64,000 bases of DNA from NCBI GenBank assembly GCA_963773065.1, contig CAVYZN010000009.1:160001-224000 (forward strand), given 5' to 3'. The translations under genes were made by a program, and so were the position numbers. Positions 20,635-31,330 of the stretch are shown here, piece by piece. The notes under the pieces were generated by a model. That model saw only the letters and a program-made list of their open reading frames with translations. It did no database searches and was not told the DNA's origin. The DNA comes from an uncultured Gammaproteobacteria bacterium (GTDB lineage Bacteria; Pseudomonadota; Gammaproteobacteria; UBA9214). Each line of letters opens with the position of its first letter. Positions within the stretch are counted from its first letter, which is position 1.

Positions 20635-21621
20635 GTGCGAATAGGACCTTACACACTACCGAACAACGTGATACTCGCACCCATGGCGGGCGTTACCGAC
20701 CGGCCGTTTCGGCTGCTATGCCGTTCGCTCGGCGCCGGTCTGGCCGTGTCCGAGATGGTTTCCTCAAACGCGCTCGTGTGGGGCAGCGAAAAGACCCGGC
20801 GTCGAATTGACCATGCCGGTGAAACCGAACCGGTTTGTGTGCAAATCGCCGGGGCCGATCCGGACATGATGGCGAATGCCGCCCGCTACAACGTCGCGCA
20901 GGGAGCCCAGATCATCGACATCAACATGGGGTGCCCGGCGAAGAAGGTCTGCAACGTCATGGCGGGCTCCGCCCTGTTGCAGGACGAGGCGCTGGTTGGC
21001 CGCATTCTCGATGCCGTGGTTGCGGCCGTCGATGTCCCGGTTACCCTGAAGATCCGCACCGGCTGGGACCCCGCACACCGCAACGCCCCGCGCATCGCCG
21101 CCATCGCCGAACAGGCCGGTATCCAGGCCCTGGCCGTGCACGGGCGCACCCGCGCCTGCGGTTACCGGGGCGAGGCCGAGCATGACACGGTGCGCGCCAT
21201 CAAGGCCGCGGTGTCGATACCCGTCATCGCCAACGGCGATATCGCCTCGCCGCGAAAGGCCGCCGAGGTCCTGCGCTTCACGCAGGCCGATGCCGTCATG
21301 ATCGGGCGCGCCGCGCAGGGCCGGCCGTGGATATTCCGCGAGATCACCCATTTCATGGCCACCGGCGAGCCGCTGCCGCCGCCGGCGCCCGAGGAGATCG
21401 GCCGCATCCTCGCGGGGCACCTCGACAAGCTCTACGAGTTTTACGGCGAGTACACCGGCGTGCGCGTCGCGCGCAAGCACATCGCCTGGTACAGCAAGGG
21501 CCAGCCGGACGGCAACCGCTTCCGCCAGCATATCAACCAGGCGGAATCGGCTGATGAACAGTTGAATCAGGTCAGGGATTATTTCGCCCTGCTGACCGAA
21601 CAGGAAGCATTGGCCGCATGA
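20635..21621 (+). CDS. dusB: tRNA-dihydrouridine synthase B
   Basis: LAPMAGVTDRPFR, DINMGCPAKKV, HGRTR, IANGDI; upstream of fis. Confidence 0.96.
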   Translation: MRIGPYTLPNNVILAPMAGVTDRPFRLLCRSLGAGLAVSEMVSSNALVWGSEKTRRRIDHAGETEPVCVQIAGADPDMMANAARYNVAQGAQIIDINMGCPAKKVCNVMAGSALLQDEALVGRILDAVVAAVDVPVTLKIRTGWDPAHRNAPRIAAIAEQAGIQALAVHGRTRACGYRGEAEHDTVRAIKAAVSIPVIANGDIASPRKAAEVLRFTQADAVMIGRAAQGRPWIFREITHFMATGEPLPPPAPEEIGRILAGHLDKLYEFYGEYTGVRVARKHIAWYSKGQPDGNRFRQHINQAESADEQLNQVRDYFALLTEQEALAA

Positions 21622-21881
21622 TGACGTCGACGGTAAGACGCGAGCGACGCAAACAGCCGATCCGGCGCAGCGTGCAGTCGGCGCTCGAACTCTACCTGGA
21701 TGACCTGAACGGCCACCAGGTGAATGACCTGTATCACATGGTACTGGGCGAGGTGGAACCGGCGTTGCTGAATGTCGTCATGCAGCATGTGGACGGCAAC
21801 CAGTCCCAGGCCGCGGAAATGCTGGGGATCACCCGCGCGACCCTGCGCAAGAAACTCAAGCAGTACGGGCTGGAGCAGTAG
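21618..21881 (+). CDS. fis: Fis DNA-binding protein
   Basis: LYHMVLGEVEPALL, GNQSQAAEMLGITRATLRKKLKQY. Confidence 0.93.
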   Translation: MMTSTVRRERRKQPIRRSVQSALELYLDDLNGHQVNDLYHMVLGEVEPALLNVVMQHVDGNQSQAAEMLGITRATLRKKLKQYGLEQ

Positions 21882-21920
21882 CTTCGCCGGTTCTTGATCG
21901 GCGCGAATTCCACAATCGAT

Positions 21921-22079
21921 GTAGGGTGGGTTAGGCACGTCAGTTTGTGCCGTAACCCACCGGATGTGCCGCCAGGCACTCACTAAAAAATGCGTTGTGT
22001 TGCTGCGCAACGCTTGGTGGGTTACGCAAAAAACGCTAACCCACCCTACTTTCTATTGTAGGAGCGGGCTTGCCCGCGA
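21921..22079. repeat. Inverted pair of GTAG REPs (REPIN-like) plus a third REP
   Basis: GTAGGGTGGGTTAG...TAACCCACC / GGTGGGTTAC...CTAACCCACCCTAC (21921-22049); GTAGGAGCGGGCTTGCCCGCGA (22058-22079). Confidence 0.85.
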
Positions 22080-22094
22080 ACCTGAGATGCCCCT

Positions 22095-23660
22095 ATGAAC
22101 AAAATACAAAGAGCGCTGATCAGCGTATCCGACAAGACCGGTATTGCCGAATTCGCGCGGGGGTTGAGCGCGTTGGGCATCGAGATCCTGTCCACCGGCG
22201 GGACCGCGCGCCTGCTCGCGGAAGCCGGCGTTCCCGTGGTCGAGGTGTCCGACTACACCGGGTTTCCGGAGATGATGGACGGGCGCGTCAAGACCCTGCA
22301 TCCGAAGGTGCATGGCGGCATCCTCGCCCGGCGTGGCATCGACGAGGCGGTCATGGCGGAAAACGGGATCGCGCCCATCGACCTGGTCGTGGTCAATCTC
22401 TATCCGTTTGAACGGACCGTGGCGCGCGCGGACTGCGACCTGGCGACGGCGATCGAGACGATCGATATCGGCGGGCCCACCCTGCTGCGCGCCGCGGCCA
22501 AGAACCACGCGGCCGTCACCGTGATCGTCGACGGCGCCGATTACGCGCCGGTGCTCTCGGAACTGCGGCAGCATGGCGCCATCGCGGATGCCACCCGCTA
22601 CGCGCTGGCGGTCAAGACCTTCGAACACACGGCCCGTTATGACGGGGCCATCGCGAATTACCTGGGCGGCATCACCCCCGATGGTGAGCGTGAGCTGTTT
22701 CCGCGCACCATCAATTTCCAGTTTCGCCGGGTGCAGGCGATGCGCTACGGGGAAAATCCGCATCAGCGCGCCGCCTTTTATGTCGAGCATGAGCCCACCG
22801 CGGCCTCGGTTGCGACCGCGCGGCAGTTGCAGGGCAAGGAACTGTCCTATAACAATGTGGCGGACACCGATGCGGCGCTGGAGTGCGTGAAGTCTTTCAC
22901 CGAGGGGCCGGCCTGCGTGATCGTGAAGCACGCCAACCCCTGCGGCGTGGCGCTCGGCGCCACCCTGCATGAAGCCTATGAGCGTGCCTTCAGGACGGAT
23001 CCTACCTCGGCGTTTGGCGGCATCATCGCCTTCAACCGGCCGCTGGATGCGGGCACGGCCCAAGCCATCATCGAGCGCCAGTTCGTCGAGGTCATCATCG
23101 CCCCGGCGGTCGAGGCGGCGGCACTGCCGGTACTGGCCGCCAAGAAGAATGTGCGCGTGCTGGAATGCGGCGCCTTTGGTGACGAGCCGGCTGCGGGGCT
23201 GGATTTCAAGCGCGTCAACGGCGGCCTGCTGGTGCAGGACCGCGATCTCGGCCGGGTGAGTGAACGCGATCTCAAGGTCGTGACCCGGCGCGCACCCACG
23301 CCGGCGGAAACGCAGGACCTGCTGTTTGCCTGGCGGGTCGGCAAATTCGTCAAATCCAATGCCATCGTCTACTGCAAGGACGGCATGACCATCGGCGTCG
23401 GCGCCGGCCAGATGAGCCGGGTCTACAGCGCCAGGATTGCCGCGCTCAAGGCGGCGGATGAAGGCTTGGAAGTGCGCGGGTCGGTGATGGCCTCGGATGC
23501 CTTCTTCCCGTTCCGCGACGGCATCGACCAGGCGGCCGCGGCCGGCATCGTCGCCGTCATCCAGCCGGGTGGCTCCATGCGCGATGACGAGGTCATCGCC
23601 GCCGCCGACGAACACGGCATGGCGATGGTGTTCACCGGCATGCGCCATTTCCGGCATTAA
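22095..23660 (+). CDS. purH: Bifunctional AICAR transformylase/IMP cyclohydrolase
   Basis: [43 protein letters not shown]. Confidence 0.98.
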   Translation: MNKIQRALISVSDKTGIAEFARGLSALGIEILSTGGTARLLAEAGVPVVEVSDYTGFPEMMDGRVKTLHPKVHGGILARRGIDEAVMAENGIAPIDLVVVNLYPFERTVARADCDLATAIETIDIGGPTLLRAAAKNHAAVTVIVDGADYAPVLSELRQHGAIADATRYALAVKTFEHTARYDGAIANYLGGITPDGERELFPRTINFQFRRVQAMRYGENPHQRAAFYVEHEPTAASVATARQLQGKELSYNNVADTDAALECVKSFTEGPACVIVKHANPCGVALGATLHEAYERAFRTDPTSAFGGIIAFNRPLDAGTAQAIIERQFVEVIIAPAVEAAALPVLAAKKNVRVLECGAFGDEPAAGLDFKRVNGGLLVQDRDLGRVSERDLKVVTRRAPTPAETQDLLFAWRVGKFVKSNAIVYCKDGMTIGVGAGQMSRVYSARIAALKAADEGLEVRGSVMASDAFFPFRDGIDQAAAAGIVAVIQPGGSMRDDEVIAAADEHGMAMVFTGMRHFRH

Positions 23661-23985
23661 AGAAAAAGTGGGAATGAGAAGTAGACGGAAGTACAAGTGA
23701 GAAGTAAGAAGTGAGAAGTGAGAAGAAAAACCCTGATAGCCACAGAATCCACCGAAGAACACGGAAAGTAAAAAGTGAGAACTGAAAGGTGAAAAGTGAA
23801 AATTTCCGCTCGTGCGTCGTGCGTACCAGAGATACTGCATTTCAATCCTCTGCAATCGCCACTGAAGTTCCTCGCTATCCATGCACCAGCGCCCAACGGT
23901 CTTTCTCACCTCTTCTCACTTCTTACTTTTCACTTAATCATTTTTCCATGTTCTTCCGTGGATTCCGTGGCTATAAGATAGAGCG
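23661..23985. repeat. Heptamer/nonamer intergenic cassette forming a long inverted repeat
   Basis: (GAAGTGA)n, GCCACAGAATCCACCGAAGAACACGGAA, core CTATCCATGCACCAGCGCCC, (TCACTTC)n, TTCCGTGGATTCCGTGGC. Confidence 0.9.
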
Positions 23986-25272
23986 ATGAACATTCTGATT
24001 ATCGGCGGCGGCGGCCGTGAACATGCCCTGGCGTGGAAGGTGGCGCAGTCTCCGCAGGCGGAGACGGTGTTCGTGGCGCCGGGAAATGCCGGAACCGCCC
24101 ACGAATCCGGTGTCCGGAATATCGCGATTGAGGCCAATGACATCGATGCGCTGGTGGCCTTTGCCAGGGAACACACGGTCGGGTTGACCATCGTCGGGCC
24201 CGAGATCCCGCTGGTCGCCGGAGTGGTGGATCGTTTCAACGCGGCGGGCCTGCGCTGCTTCGGGCCGACAAAGGCCGCCGCGCAACTGGAAGGTTCCAAG
24301 ACCTTCAGCAAGGATTTCCTCGCGCGTCACGGTATCCCTACCGCGCGCTATGCGGCGTTCACCAGCGTACCCGAGGCGCTCGACTATATCCATGAATGCG
24401 GCGCGCCCATCGTGGTCAAGGCCGACGGCCTGGCGGCCGGGAAGGGGGTGATCCTGGCGCGGACCGAGGCGGAAGCCATCGCGGCGGTTAATGATATGTT
24501 GAGCGGCAACGTGTTCGGGAAAGCCGGTCACCGGGTCGTCATCGAGGAGTTCCTGGAAGGGGAAGAAGCCAGTTTCATCGTCATGGTGGATGGCGCGCAG
24601 GCGCTGCCGCTCGCGACCTCGCAGGATCACAAGGCGCGCGATGACGGCGATACCGGGCCCAATACCGGCGGCATGGGCGCCTATTCACCGGCGCCGGTGG
24701 TCACCTCCGAGATACATCGGCGCGTCATGAACGAGGTGATCCGCCCGACGGTGCGCGGCATGGCCGAGGAAGGCCATGCCTACACCGGGTTCCTCTATGC
24801 CGGGTTGATGATCGCCGCGGACGGCACCCCGAAGGTGCTTGAATTCAATGTGCGCTTTGGCGACCCGGAAACCCAGCCGATCATGCTGCGCCTCAAGTCC
24901 GACCTGGTGGGGCTGTGCCTGGCGGCGCTTGCAGGCAGGCTCGATGACGTGGACGCAGTATGGGATGAGCGCGCCGCGCTCGGGGTGGTGCTGGCCGCCG
25001 GCGGCTACCCGGGTGATTACCGCAAGGGCGATGTCATCGAAGGGATACATGCGGCTGACGACGAGAACTGCAAGGTCTTTCATGCCGGCACGCAGGAAAA
25101 GGACGGGCGTGTCGTGACCGCCGGCGGACGCGTGCTGTGTGTCTGCGCGCTGGGCGTAACGGTCGCCGAGGCGCGGCAAAAAGCCTACCGGTGCATCGAC
25201 AGGATCAAATGGCCGGACATGTATTACCGCACGGACATCGGTTACCGGGCGATAGCGCGTGAGAAAAAGTGA
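23986..25272 (+). CDS. purD: Phosphoribosylamine-glycine ligase
   Basis: GGGGREHALAW, KADGLAAGKGV, GPNTGGMGAYSP, EFNVRFGDPETQ. Confidence 0.98.
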   Translation: MNILIIGGGGREHALAWKVAQSPQAETVFVAPGNAGTAHESGVRNIAIEANDIDALVAFAREHTVGLTIVGPEIPLVAGVVDRFNAAGLRCFGPTKAAAQLEGSKTFSKDFLARHGIPTARYAAFTSVPEALDYIHECGAPIVVKADGLAAGKGVILARTEAEAIAAVNDMLSGNVFGKAGHRVVIEEFLEGEEASFIVMVDGAQALPLATSQDHKARDDGDTGPNTGGMGAYSPAPVVTSEIHRRVMNEVIRPTVRGMAEEGHAYTGFLYAGLMIAADGTPKVLEFNVRFGDPETQPIMLRLKSDLVGLCLAALAGRLDDVDAVWDERAALGVVLAAGGYPGDYRKGDVIEGIHAADDENCKVFHAGTQEKDGRVVTAGGRVLCVCALGVTVAEARQKAYRCIDRIKWPDMYYRTDIGYRAIAREKK

Positions 25273-25625
25273 GAAGTGAGAAGTGAGAAGTGAGAAGAGA
25301 ACCCTGATGGCCACAGGTGCTCCCGGCTTCCTCGGCAATTGCTCCTGCATTGCCTACTCCGCACCCTGCAGACGTGCCCCACGCGACATTGTTCACCCTG
25401 AACATCGGCACACGGAAATCCGGAAGGAATTCAAATCTCCACGCAGGATACACATGGCGCACCCTGCGAGTTATGCGTGATGTACTTTGTAAACTGCTGT
25501 GGATCCTTGACTATTACTGTCTATCCATGCACGCGGCCAAGTGGTTTTTTCACTTCTCACTTCTCACTTTTTACTTTCCGGTGTTCTTCCGTGGCCATAA
25601 CCCGGTGCTATAAAGGAGAGCAAGA
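25260..25625. repeat. Heptamer/nonamer cassette containing a singly filled nested element (25317-25407)
   Basis: (GAAGTGA)n, ATGGCCACAG, CTCGGCAATTGCTCCTGCATTGCC, CTATCCATGCAC core, (TCACTTC)n, TTCCGTGGCCAT. Confidence 0.9.
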
Positions 25626-26183
25626 ATGGAAATATTCGGATGGGTGTTGGTGGCGATCATCATAGGAGTCCCCCTGCTGGGGATCGTGTTCTACAATCGC
25701 CTGGTCGGCCTCAATAACCAGGTTAAGAATGCCTGGCGGCAGATCGATGTGCAACTCAAGCGCCGTCACGACCTGATTCCCAATCTGGTCGAGGTCGTCA
25801 AGGACTACATGTCCTACGAGCAGGAGACGCTGCAGAAAGTGATCCAGGCGCGCAACCAGGCCGTCGGTGCGCACAGCCCGGAAGAGGCGATAGCCGCCGA
25901 GGGGGTGCTGGGCGGCGCGCTGGGCAAGCTGTTTGCCCTGATGGAAAACTACCCGGATCTCAAGGCCAACGAGAATGTCGCGCGCCTGATGGAGGAACTG
26001 AGCGCGACCGAGAACAAGATTTCCTTCTCGCGCCAGTTTTACAACGACAGCGTCATGGCGCTCAACAATGGCGTGCAGTCCTTTCCATCCAATTTCGTGG
26101 CCGGCCTGTTCGGCTTCCGTGAGGCGACCTATTTCGAGACGCCGGAGGCGGAAACCGCGACGCCCAGGGTCGATCTGCGCTGA
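25626..26183 (+). CDS. lemA: LemA family protein
   Basis: N-terminal TM, YNRLV, AWRQIDVQLKRRHDLIPNLVE, ENYPDLKAN, RQFYN. Confidence 0.95.
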   Translation: MEIFGWVLVAIIIGVPLLGIVFYNRLVGLNNQVKNAWRQIDVQLKRRHDLIPNLVEVVKDYMSYEQETLQKVIQARNQAVGAHSPEEAIAAEGVLGGALGKLFALMENYPDLKANENVARLMEELSATENKISFSRQFYNDSVMALNNGVQSFPSNFVAGLFGFREATYFETPEAETATPRVDLR

Positions 26184-26534
26184 CAAGGCAGGTGAAAAGT
26201 GAAAAGTAAAAAACGTGAGAAGTGAGAAGTGAGAAGTGAGAAGTGAGAATCGTGAATAGCCACGGAATCACACGGAAAACACGGACGGAGTTCATAAAAA
26301 TCACACGCAGGATGCGCTCGGTGCACACTGCGAGTGACGTATAATGTTCTTCCCTGAGCTATCAGTGGACCCCGTGGTCATCACCGCCTATCCATGCCCC
26401 AGCGCCCGAGCGGATTTTTTCACTTCTCACTTCTTACTTCATTACTTTTCGGTGTTCTTCCGTGGATTTCGTGGCCATCAGAATTCAATGTTTCACTTTG
26501 CACCTTTAACGTCTCGAGTTTTCAAAGCCATTTG
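26184..26534. repeat. Heptamer/nonamer intergenic cassette
   Basis: (GAAGTGA)n, GCCACGGAATCACACGGAAAACACGGA, CTATCCATGCCCCAGCGCCCGAGCGG, (TCACTTC)n, TTCCGTGGATTTCGTGGCCAT. Confidence 0.9.
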
Positions 26535-27632
26535 ATGGAATCCTCACCCACCAAACCATGCCCGGAGTGCGGTACCGCCAACCGCCCGCACGCCAGGACC
26601 TGTCGGCAGTGCGGTGCGCCGCTGATCAGTGACTGGCAGGAAAAACCCCTGCTGCGCAACAAGGTCCTGCGACGGACCGACTTCATGGCGGCGGCGCGCG
26701 CCAATCAGCGGGCGACGCGGCGACTGGTGCTGGTGCTGCTGCTGGTCCTGGTCGTGCTGGGCTACCTGCTGGGCTGGAGTCTGCAGGCCATGACGGGAAA
26801 TATCCCGGTGGAAAACGAAACCATCTGGTTTGCCAGCCGATGGGGAGGATGGACGGCTCTTGTCCTGTGTTTCATCGGCGCCGTCTGGTCATGGATCTCT
26901 TTTCGCGCCGGAGACCGGATCATTCTGCGCATGACCGGGGCCGATCCTGTCAGCGTTGATGAGGAACCGCAACTGCACAACGTGGTCGAGGAAATGGCCA
27001 TAGCGGCCGGCATACGCAAACCGCGCGTCTGCGTGATCGAGACGGATGCGCTCAATGCCTTCGCCACCGGCATGCACCCCGCGCGCGCCTCGATCGGGGT
27101 GACGCGCGGCTTGTTGGATGCGCTCAATCGTGAGGAACTGCAGGGCGTCATCGGGCACGAGATGGGGCATATCGTGAACTGGGATATTCGTTATGCCACC
27201 GCGGTCGGTGTCATAGTCGGGCTGATTGCGCTGGTCTGTGACGGCGCGCTGCGCTCACTGCGTTTCTCCGGCCGTTCGCGGCAATCAGGCGGCCGCGCGG
27301 GCGGCGGCGCGGTCGTGATTGTGCTGTTTCTACTGGTCTTTGCCGCACTCGCGCCGTTGTTTTCCCGTCTGGTGCAAATGGCGGTGTCGCGGCAGCGGGA
27401 GTTTCTCGCCGACGCCACCAGCGTGCGCCTGACGCGCCACCCGGAAGGTCTGATTTCCGCGCTGGAAAAACTCGAGCTCAGCGCAAAACCCTTCACGGGC
27501 GCCAACCGCGCGACACAGCACATGTTCATCGTGAATCCATTCAGGAATTTCTCCGAACAGGCCAGCAGCTTGATGGCTACCCATCCGCCGCTTGAGCTGC
27601 GCATACGGCGGCTGCGGAACTTGGGAGAGTAG
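26535..27632 (+). CDS. HtpX-like M48 zinc metalloprotease with N-terminal zinc ribbon
   Basis: CPECG...CRQCG, NAFATG, GHEMGH (HExxH), SRQREFLAD, THPP. Confidence 0.9.
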   Translation: MESSPTKPCPECGTANRPHARTCRQCGAPLISDWQEKPLLRNKVLRRTDFMAAARANQRATRRLVLVLLLVLVVLGYLLGWSLQAMTGNIPVENETIWFASRWGGWTALVLCFIGAVWSWISFRAGDRIILRMTGADPVSVDEEPQLHNVVEEMAIAAGIRKPRVCVIETDALNAFATGMHPARASIGVTRGLLDALNREELQGVIGHEMGHIVNWDIRYATAVGVIVGLIALVCDGALRSLRFSGRSRQSGGRAGGGAVVIVLFLLVFAALAPLFSRLVQMAVSRQREFLADATSVRLTRHPEGLISALEKLELSAKPFTGANRATQHMFIVNPFRNFSEQASSLMATHPPLELRIRRLRNLGE

Positions 27633-27967
27633 GAAGTGAAAGTGAAAAGTGAGAAGTGAGAAGTAAGAAGTAAGAAGTGAGAAGTGAAACGTGATATGTG
27701 AAGGGTTAAAAAGATCGTAATGGCCACGGGTCGCTTCCGGCTTCCAGCCTCACGCGACACTCGTACATCCCTGTACATCGAAGCACACGGAGGAAGTAAC
27801 TAGAAATCGTTAAACGCTGATCTTGGTGGAGTCGGTGCGCACGGCGCACCCTACAAAAGCCGGGCCTGAATGATCTGGGGTGATTGAACTGTTTCCGTTT
27901 GCTCCAGTGGCTATTATTTTCTCACTTCTCACTTCTCTACTTCTCACTTCTTACTTCTTACTTCTCA
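27632..27967. repeat. Heptamer cassette between convergent htpX-like gene and rho, with an empty B element (27730-27780) and a REP (27834-27854)
   Basis: (GAAGTGA)n after the htpX stop; (TCACTTC)n next to the rho stop; GGTGCGCACGGCGCACCCTAC. Confidence 0.9.
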
Positions 27968-29230
27968 CTATCCCTGCCGTTTCATCGATTCGAAGAACTG
28001 GGCATTGCTCTTGGTGGCCTTCAGCTTGTCGAGCATGAATTCCATGGCGGCCAGTTCGTCCATGGGGTGCAGAAGCTTGCGCAGGATCCACATCTTCTGC
28101 AGTTCGGCCGGGTCGGTCAGCAGTTCCTCGCGGCGGGTGCCGGAGCGGTTGATGTTGATCGACGGGTAGACGCGTTTCTCGGAGATCTTGCGGTCAAGAT
28201 GGATCTCCTGGTTGCCGGTGCCCTTGAATTCCTCGTAGATGACATCGTCCATGCGAGAGCCGGTGTCGATGAGGGCGGTGGCGAGTATGGTCAGGCTGCC
28301 GCCTTCCTCGATGTTGCGGGCCGCGCCGAAGAAACGTTTGGGACGCTGCAGGGCGTTGGCATCCACGCCACCGGTGAGTACCTTGCCGGAGGAGGGCACC
28401 ACCGTATTGTAGGCGCGCGCGAGGCGGGTGATGGAATCGAGCAGGATGACCACGTCGCGCTTGTGCTCAACCAGGCGACGCGCCTTTTCGATGACCATCT
28501 CGGCAACCTGCACATGGCGGCTGGCCGGTTCGTCGAAGGTGCTGGAGACGACCTCGCCCTGGACCGATCGCACCATCTCGGTGACTTCCTCGGGGCGTTC
28601 ATCGATGAGCAGGACAATCAGGTAGCACTCCGGGTGGTTGGAGGTGATCGACTGCGCCACGTTCTGCAGCAGCATGGTCTTGCCGGCCTTGGGCGGTGAT
28701 ACGATCAGGCCGCGCTGACCCTTGCCGAGCGGCGCCACCATGTCGATGACGCGCGCCGTGATGTCTTCGGTGCTGCCATTGCCGCGTTCCAGGGTCATCC
28801 GTTCATTGGGGTGGAGCGGCGTCAGGTTTTCAAAGGCGACCTTGTTCTTCGCATTTTCCGGTTTTTCGTAGTTGATTTCACTCACCTTGAGCAGAGCGAA
28901 GTAGCGTTCGCTGTCCTTGGGCGGGCGGATCTTGCCATCCACGGTGTCCCCGGTGCGCAGGCTGAAGCGGCGTATCTGGCTGGGTGAAACATAAATGTCA
29001 TCCGGGCCGGCGAGATAGGAACTGTCCGCCGAACGCAGGAAGCCAAATCCGTCCTGGAGTATTTCCAGCACCCCGTTGCCGAAGATGTCCTCGCCCTTTT
29101 TGGCGTGGGATTTGAGTATGGCGAAAATGATGTCTTGCTTGCGGGACCGCGCCATTCCCTCGATACCCATTTCCTGGGCTATGGTGATGAGTTCGCTGGC
29201 GGGTTTCAGCTTGAGTTCGGAGAGATTCAT
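27968..29230 (-). CDS. rho: Transcription termination factor Rho
   Basis: [34 protein letters not shown]. Confidence 0.99.
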   Translation of the reverse strand: MNLSELKLKPASELITIAQEMGIEGMARSRKQDIIFAILKSHAKKGEDIFGNGVLEILQDGFGFLRSADSSYLAGPDDIYVSPSQIRRFSLRTGDTVDGKIRPPKDSERYFALLKVSEINYEKPENAKNKVAFENLTPLHPNERMTLERGNGSTEDITARVIDMVAPLGKGQRGLIVSPPKAGKTMLLQNVAQSITSNHPECYLIVLLIDERPEEVTEMVRSVQGEVVSSTFDEPASRHVQVAEMVIEKARRLVEHKRDVVILLDSITRLARAYNTVVPSSGKVLTGGVDANALQRPKRFFGAARNIEEGGSLTILATALIDTGSRMDDVIYEEFKGTGNQEIHLDRKISEKRVYPSININRSGTRREELLTDPAELQKMWILRKLLHPMDELAAMEFMLDKLKATKSNAQFFESMKRQG

Positions 29231-29405
29231 AGGGTGTCTTGGATGCGTATTTTTTGAATGAATGGATACGGCCGTGGCCGGGGAACATGAAAATGGAAAC
29301 TGGGAAATGCCGTTCCGAGCGCGTGCGGGATCCGGAACGAAGGTGATTTTAAATTTTGCGTTACGCTAGCATGTGCCGCATTAAACGTCTACCCCCGTCA
29401 GTGAT

Positions 29406-29732
29406 TCAGATATTGCTGTCGATGAATGCGGTCAGTTGCGACTTGGAGAGCGCGCCCACCTTGGTTGCTTCGACGTTGCCGTTCTTGAACAGCATCAGCG
29501 TGGGTATGCCGCGTATGCCGTACTTGGGTGGAGTCTGCGGGTTGTCATCGATATTGAGTTTGGCTACCTTGATTTTGCCGGTGTATTCGCTGGCAATTTC
29601 ATCGAGTATCGGCGCAATCATCTTGCAGGGGCCACACCATTCCGCCCAGTAGTCGACCAGCACGGGAGCAGAAGCGTTGAGGACTTCGGTTTCAAAGTTA
29701 TCATCTGTCACGTAAATGATGTTGCCACTCAC
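29406..29732 (-). CDS. trxA: Thioredoxin
   Basis: WAEWCGPCK; upstream of rho. Confidence 0.98.
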   Translation of the reverse strand: MSGNIIYVTDDNFETEVLNASAPVLVDYWAEWCGPCKMIAPILDEIASEYTGKIKVAKLNIDDNPQTPPKYGIRGIPTLMLFKNGNVEATKVGALSKSQLTAFIDSNI

Positions 29733-29997
29733 AGTTCGATGTCTCCTGCCTGATTACATGCAACCTGATAATTCACCACCATGCCGCGTGCATTGCCACG
29801 CCCGTAATGTTCTTATCAATTTGGAATGTAGCCGGTTAGGCATGGCGAGGCGCCGTCCGCTAGAACAGCTTGACCGGCCTGGTGACGGGTGTGTGCCTGT
29901 ATCAATTGCGTCACATGTCAACTAATAGCGCATTTGAGCTTAATTCGAATCATTTTACAAGCCCGAAAAACAATAAATTACGGTATCCTAGACGGCC

Positions 29998-31290
29998 ATG
30001 AGTGAAACCCATTTAACGGATATATCCTTCTCCGATCTCGATATACCTGCCGTGCTGATGCAAGGTATTGATGAAGCGGGGTTTTCAAAATGCACGCCGA
30101 TACAGGCGGAAACCTTGCCGCTGGCCTTGCAGGGCAGGGATGTTGCCGGACAGGCGCAGACGGGTACCGGGAAGACGGCCGCGTTCCTGATCGCGGTTTA
30201 CAAACGCTTGTTGACCCATCCGGCCGATGGGAAACGCAAACCTTCACAGCCGCGGGCGCTGGTGGTGGCGCCGACACGCGAACTGGCCATCCAGATTCAT
30301 TCGGACGCCGTGGTGTTGGGTCGCCATACGGGTCTGAAGCCGGGCCTCGCCTATGGCGGGACCGGTTATGACACCCAGCGCGAGACCATCGAGGCCGGCG
30401 TGGACATCCTGATCGGCACACCGGGCCGGCTGATCGATTACCACAAGCAGCATGTTTACGATCTGAAGAAAATTACCGCGATCGTGCTGGATGAAGCGGA
30501 CCGGATGTTCGATCTGGGTTTCATCAAGGATATACGTTATCTGCTGCGCCGCTGTCCGCCGCCGGAACAGCGGCTCGGTCTGTTGTTTTCGGCGACACTC
30601 TCGCACCGGGTAACCGAGCTTGCCTATGAGCACATGAACAATCCGGTGCAGGTCGATATCGAACCGGAGCGGGTGACGGCTGCACGCGTGCGGCAGGTCC
30701 TTTACCACATCTCGAATGATGAAAAGATCCCCCTGCTGGTCAGCATACTCAAGCACGTAGACCCCAACCGCAGCATCGTATTCGCCAATACCAAGCGCGG
30801 CGCCGAGCAAATCTGGGCCTATCTGGAAGGCAACGGGTTCAAGAGCGCCGTCTTATCGGGCGATGTGCCGCAGAAGAAGCGGCAACACCTGCTGCGGGAG
30901 TTTCAGCAAGGCGATCTGCCGATACTGATCGCCACCGATGTCGCCGCGCGCGGCCTGCACATCCCCGATGTCAGCCATGTTTTCAATTATGACCTGCCGC
31001 AAGATGCCGAGGACTATGTCCATCGCATCGGCCGCACCGCGCGGGTCGGCAAGGATGGCGATGCCGTCAGTTTTGCCTGTGAAGAGTTTGTCTATTCACT
31101 GCCGGACATAGAGGAGTATATTGGACAAAAGATCAGGGTGGAGCCGGTGCCCGAGGGATACATCCAGGAACTCGACCCGCCGGTCAAGATAAGGCGCGAG
31201 GGTGGGCAGGGCCGCCGGGGAAAAGCACAGCACAAGCCGGGAAACAAGGGTTCCGGGCCAAAACATAAGCGACGCTCCAGGCACGGATAA
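29998..31290 (+). CDS. rhlB: DEAD-box RNA helicase RhlB
   Basis: [30 protein letters not shown]; divergent from trxA. Confidence 0.93.
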   Translation: MSETHLTDISFSDLDIPAVLMQGIDEAGFSKCTPIQAETLPLALQGRDVAGQAQTGTGKTAAFLIAVYKRLLTHPADGKRKPSQPRALVVAPTRELAIQIHSDAVVLGRHTGLKPGLAYGGTGYDTQRETIEAGVDILIGTPGRLIDYHKQHVYDLKKITAIVLDEADRMFDLGFIKDIRYLLRRCPPPEQRLGLLFSATLSHRVTELAYEHMNNPVQVDIEPERVTAARVRQVLYHISNDEKIPLLVSILKHVDPNRSIVFANTKRGAEQIWAYLEGNGFKSAVLSGDVPQKKRQHLLREFQQGDLPILIATDVAARGLHIPDVSHVFNYDLPQDAEDYVHRIGRTARVGKDGDAVSFACEEFVYSLPDIEEYIGQKIRVEPVPEGYIQELDPPVKIRREGGQGRRGKAQHKPGNKGSGPKHKRRSRHG

Positions 31291-31330
31291 CCAGCAACCG
31301 GGTGAAGCACGCGGCAAAGACCTCTTGAGA

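Noticed and set aside
22053-23909. 618-aa minus-strand ORF and similar long antisense ORFs (e.g. 45652-46914, 56274-57386)
   Set aside because: Shadow frames of well-supported genes in GC-rich DNA, with no recognisable motifs
18279-27967. Repeat tracts as a CRISPR array
   Set aside because: Units are 7-9 bp tandem repeats without constant-length unique spacers, and no cas genes are present
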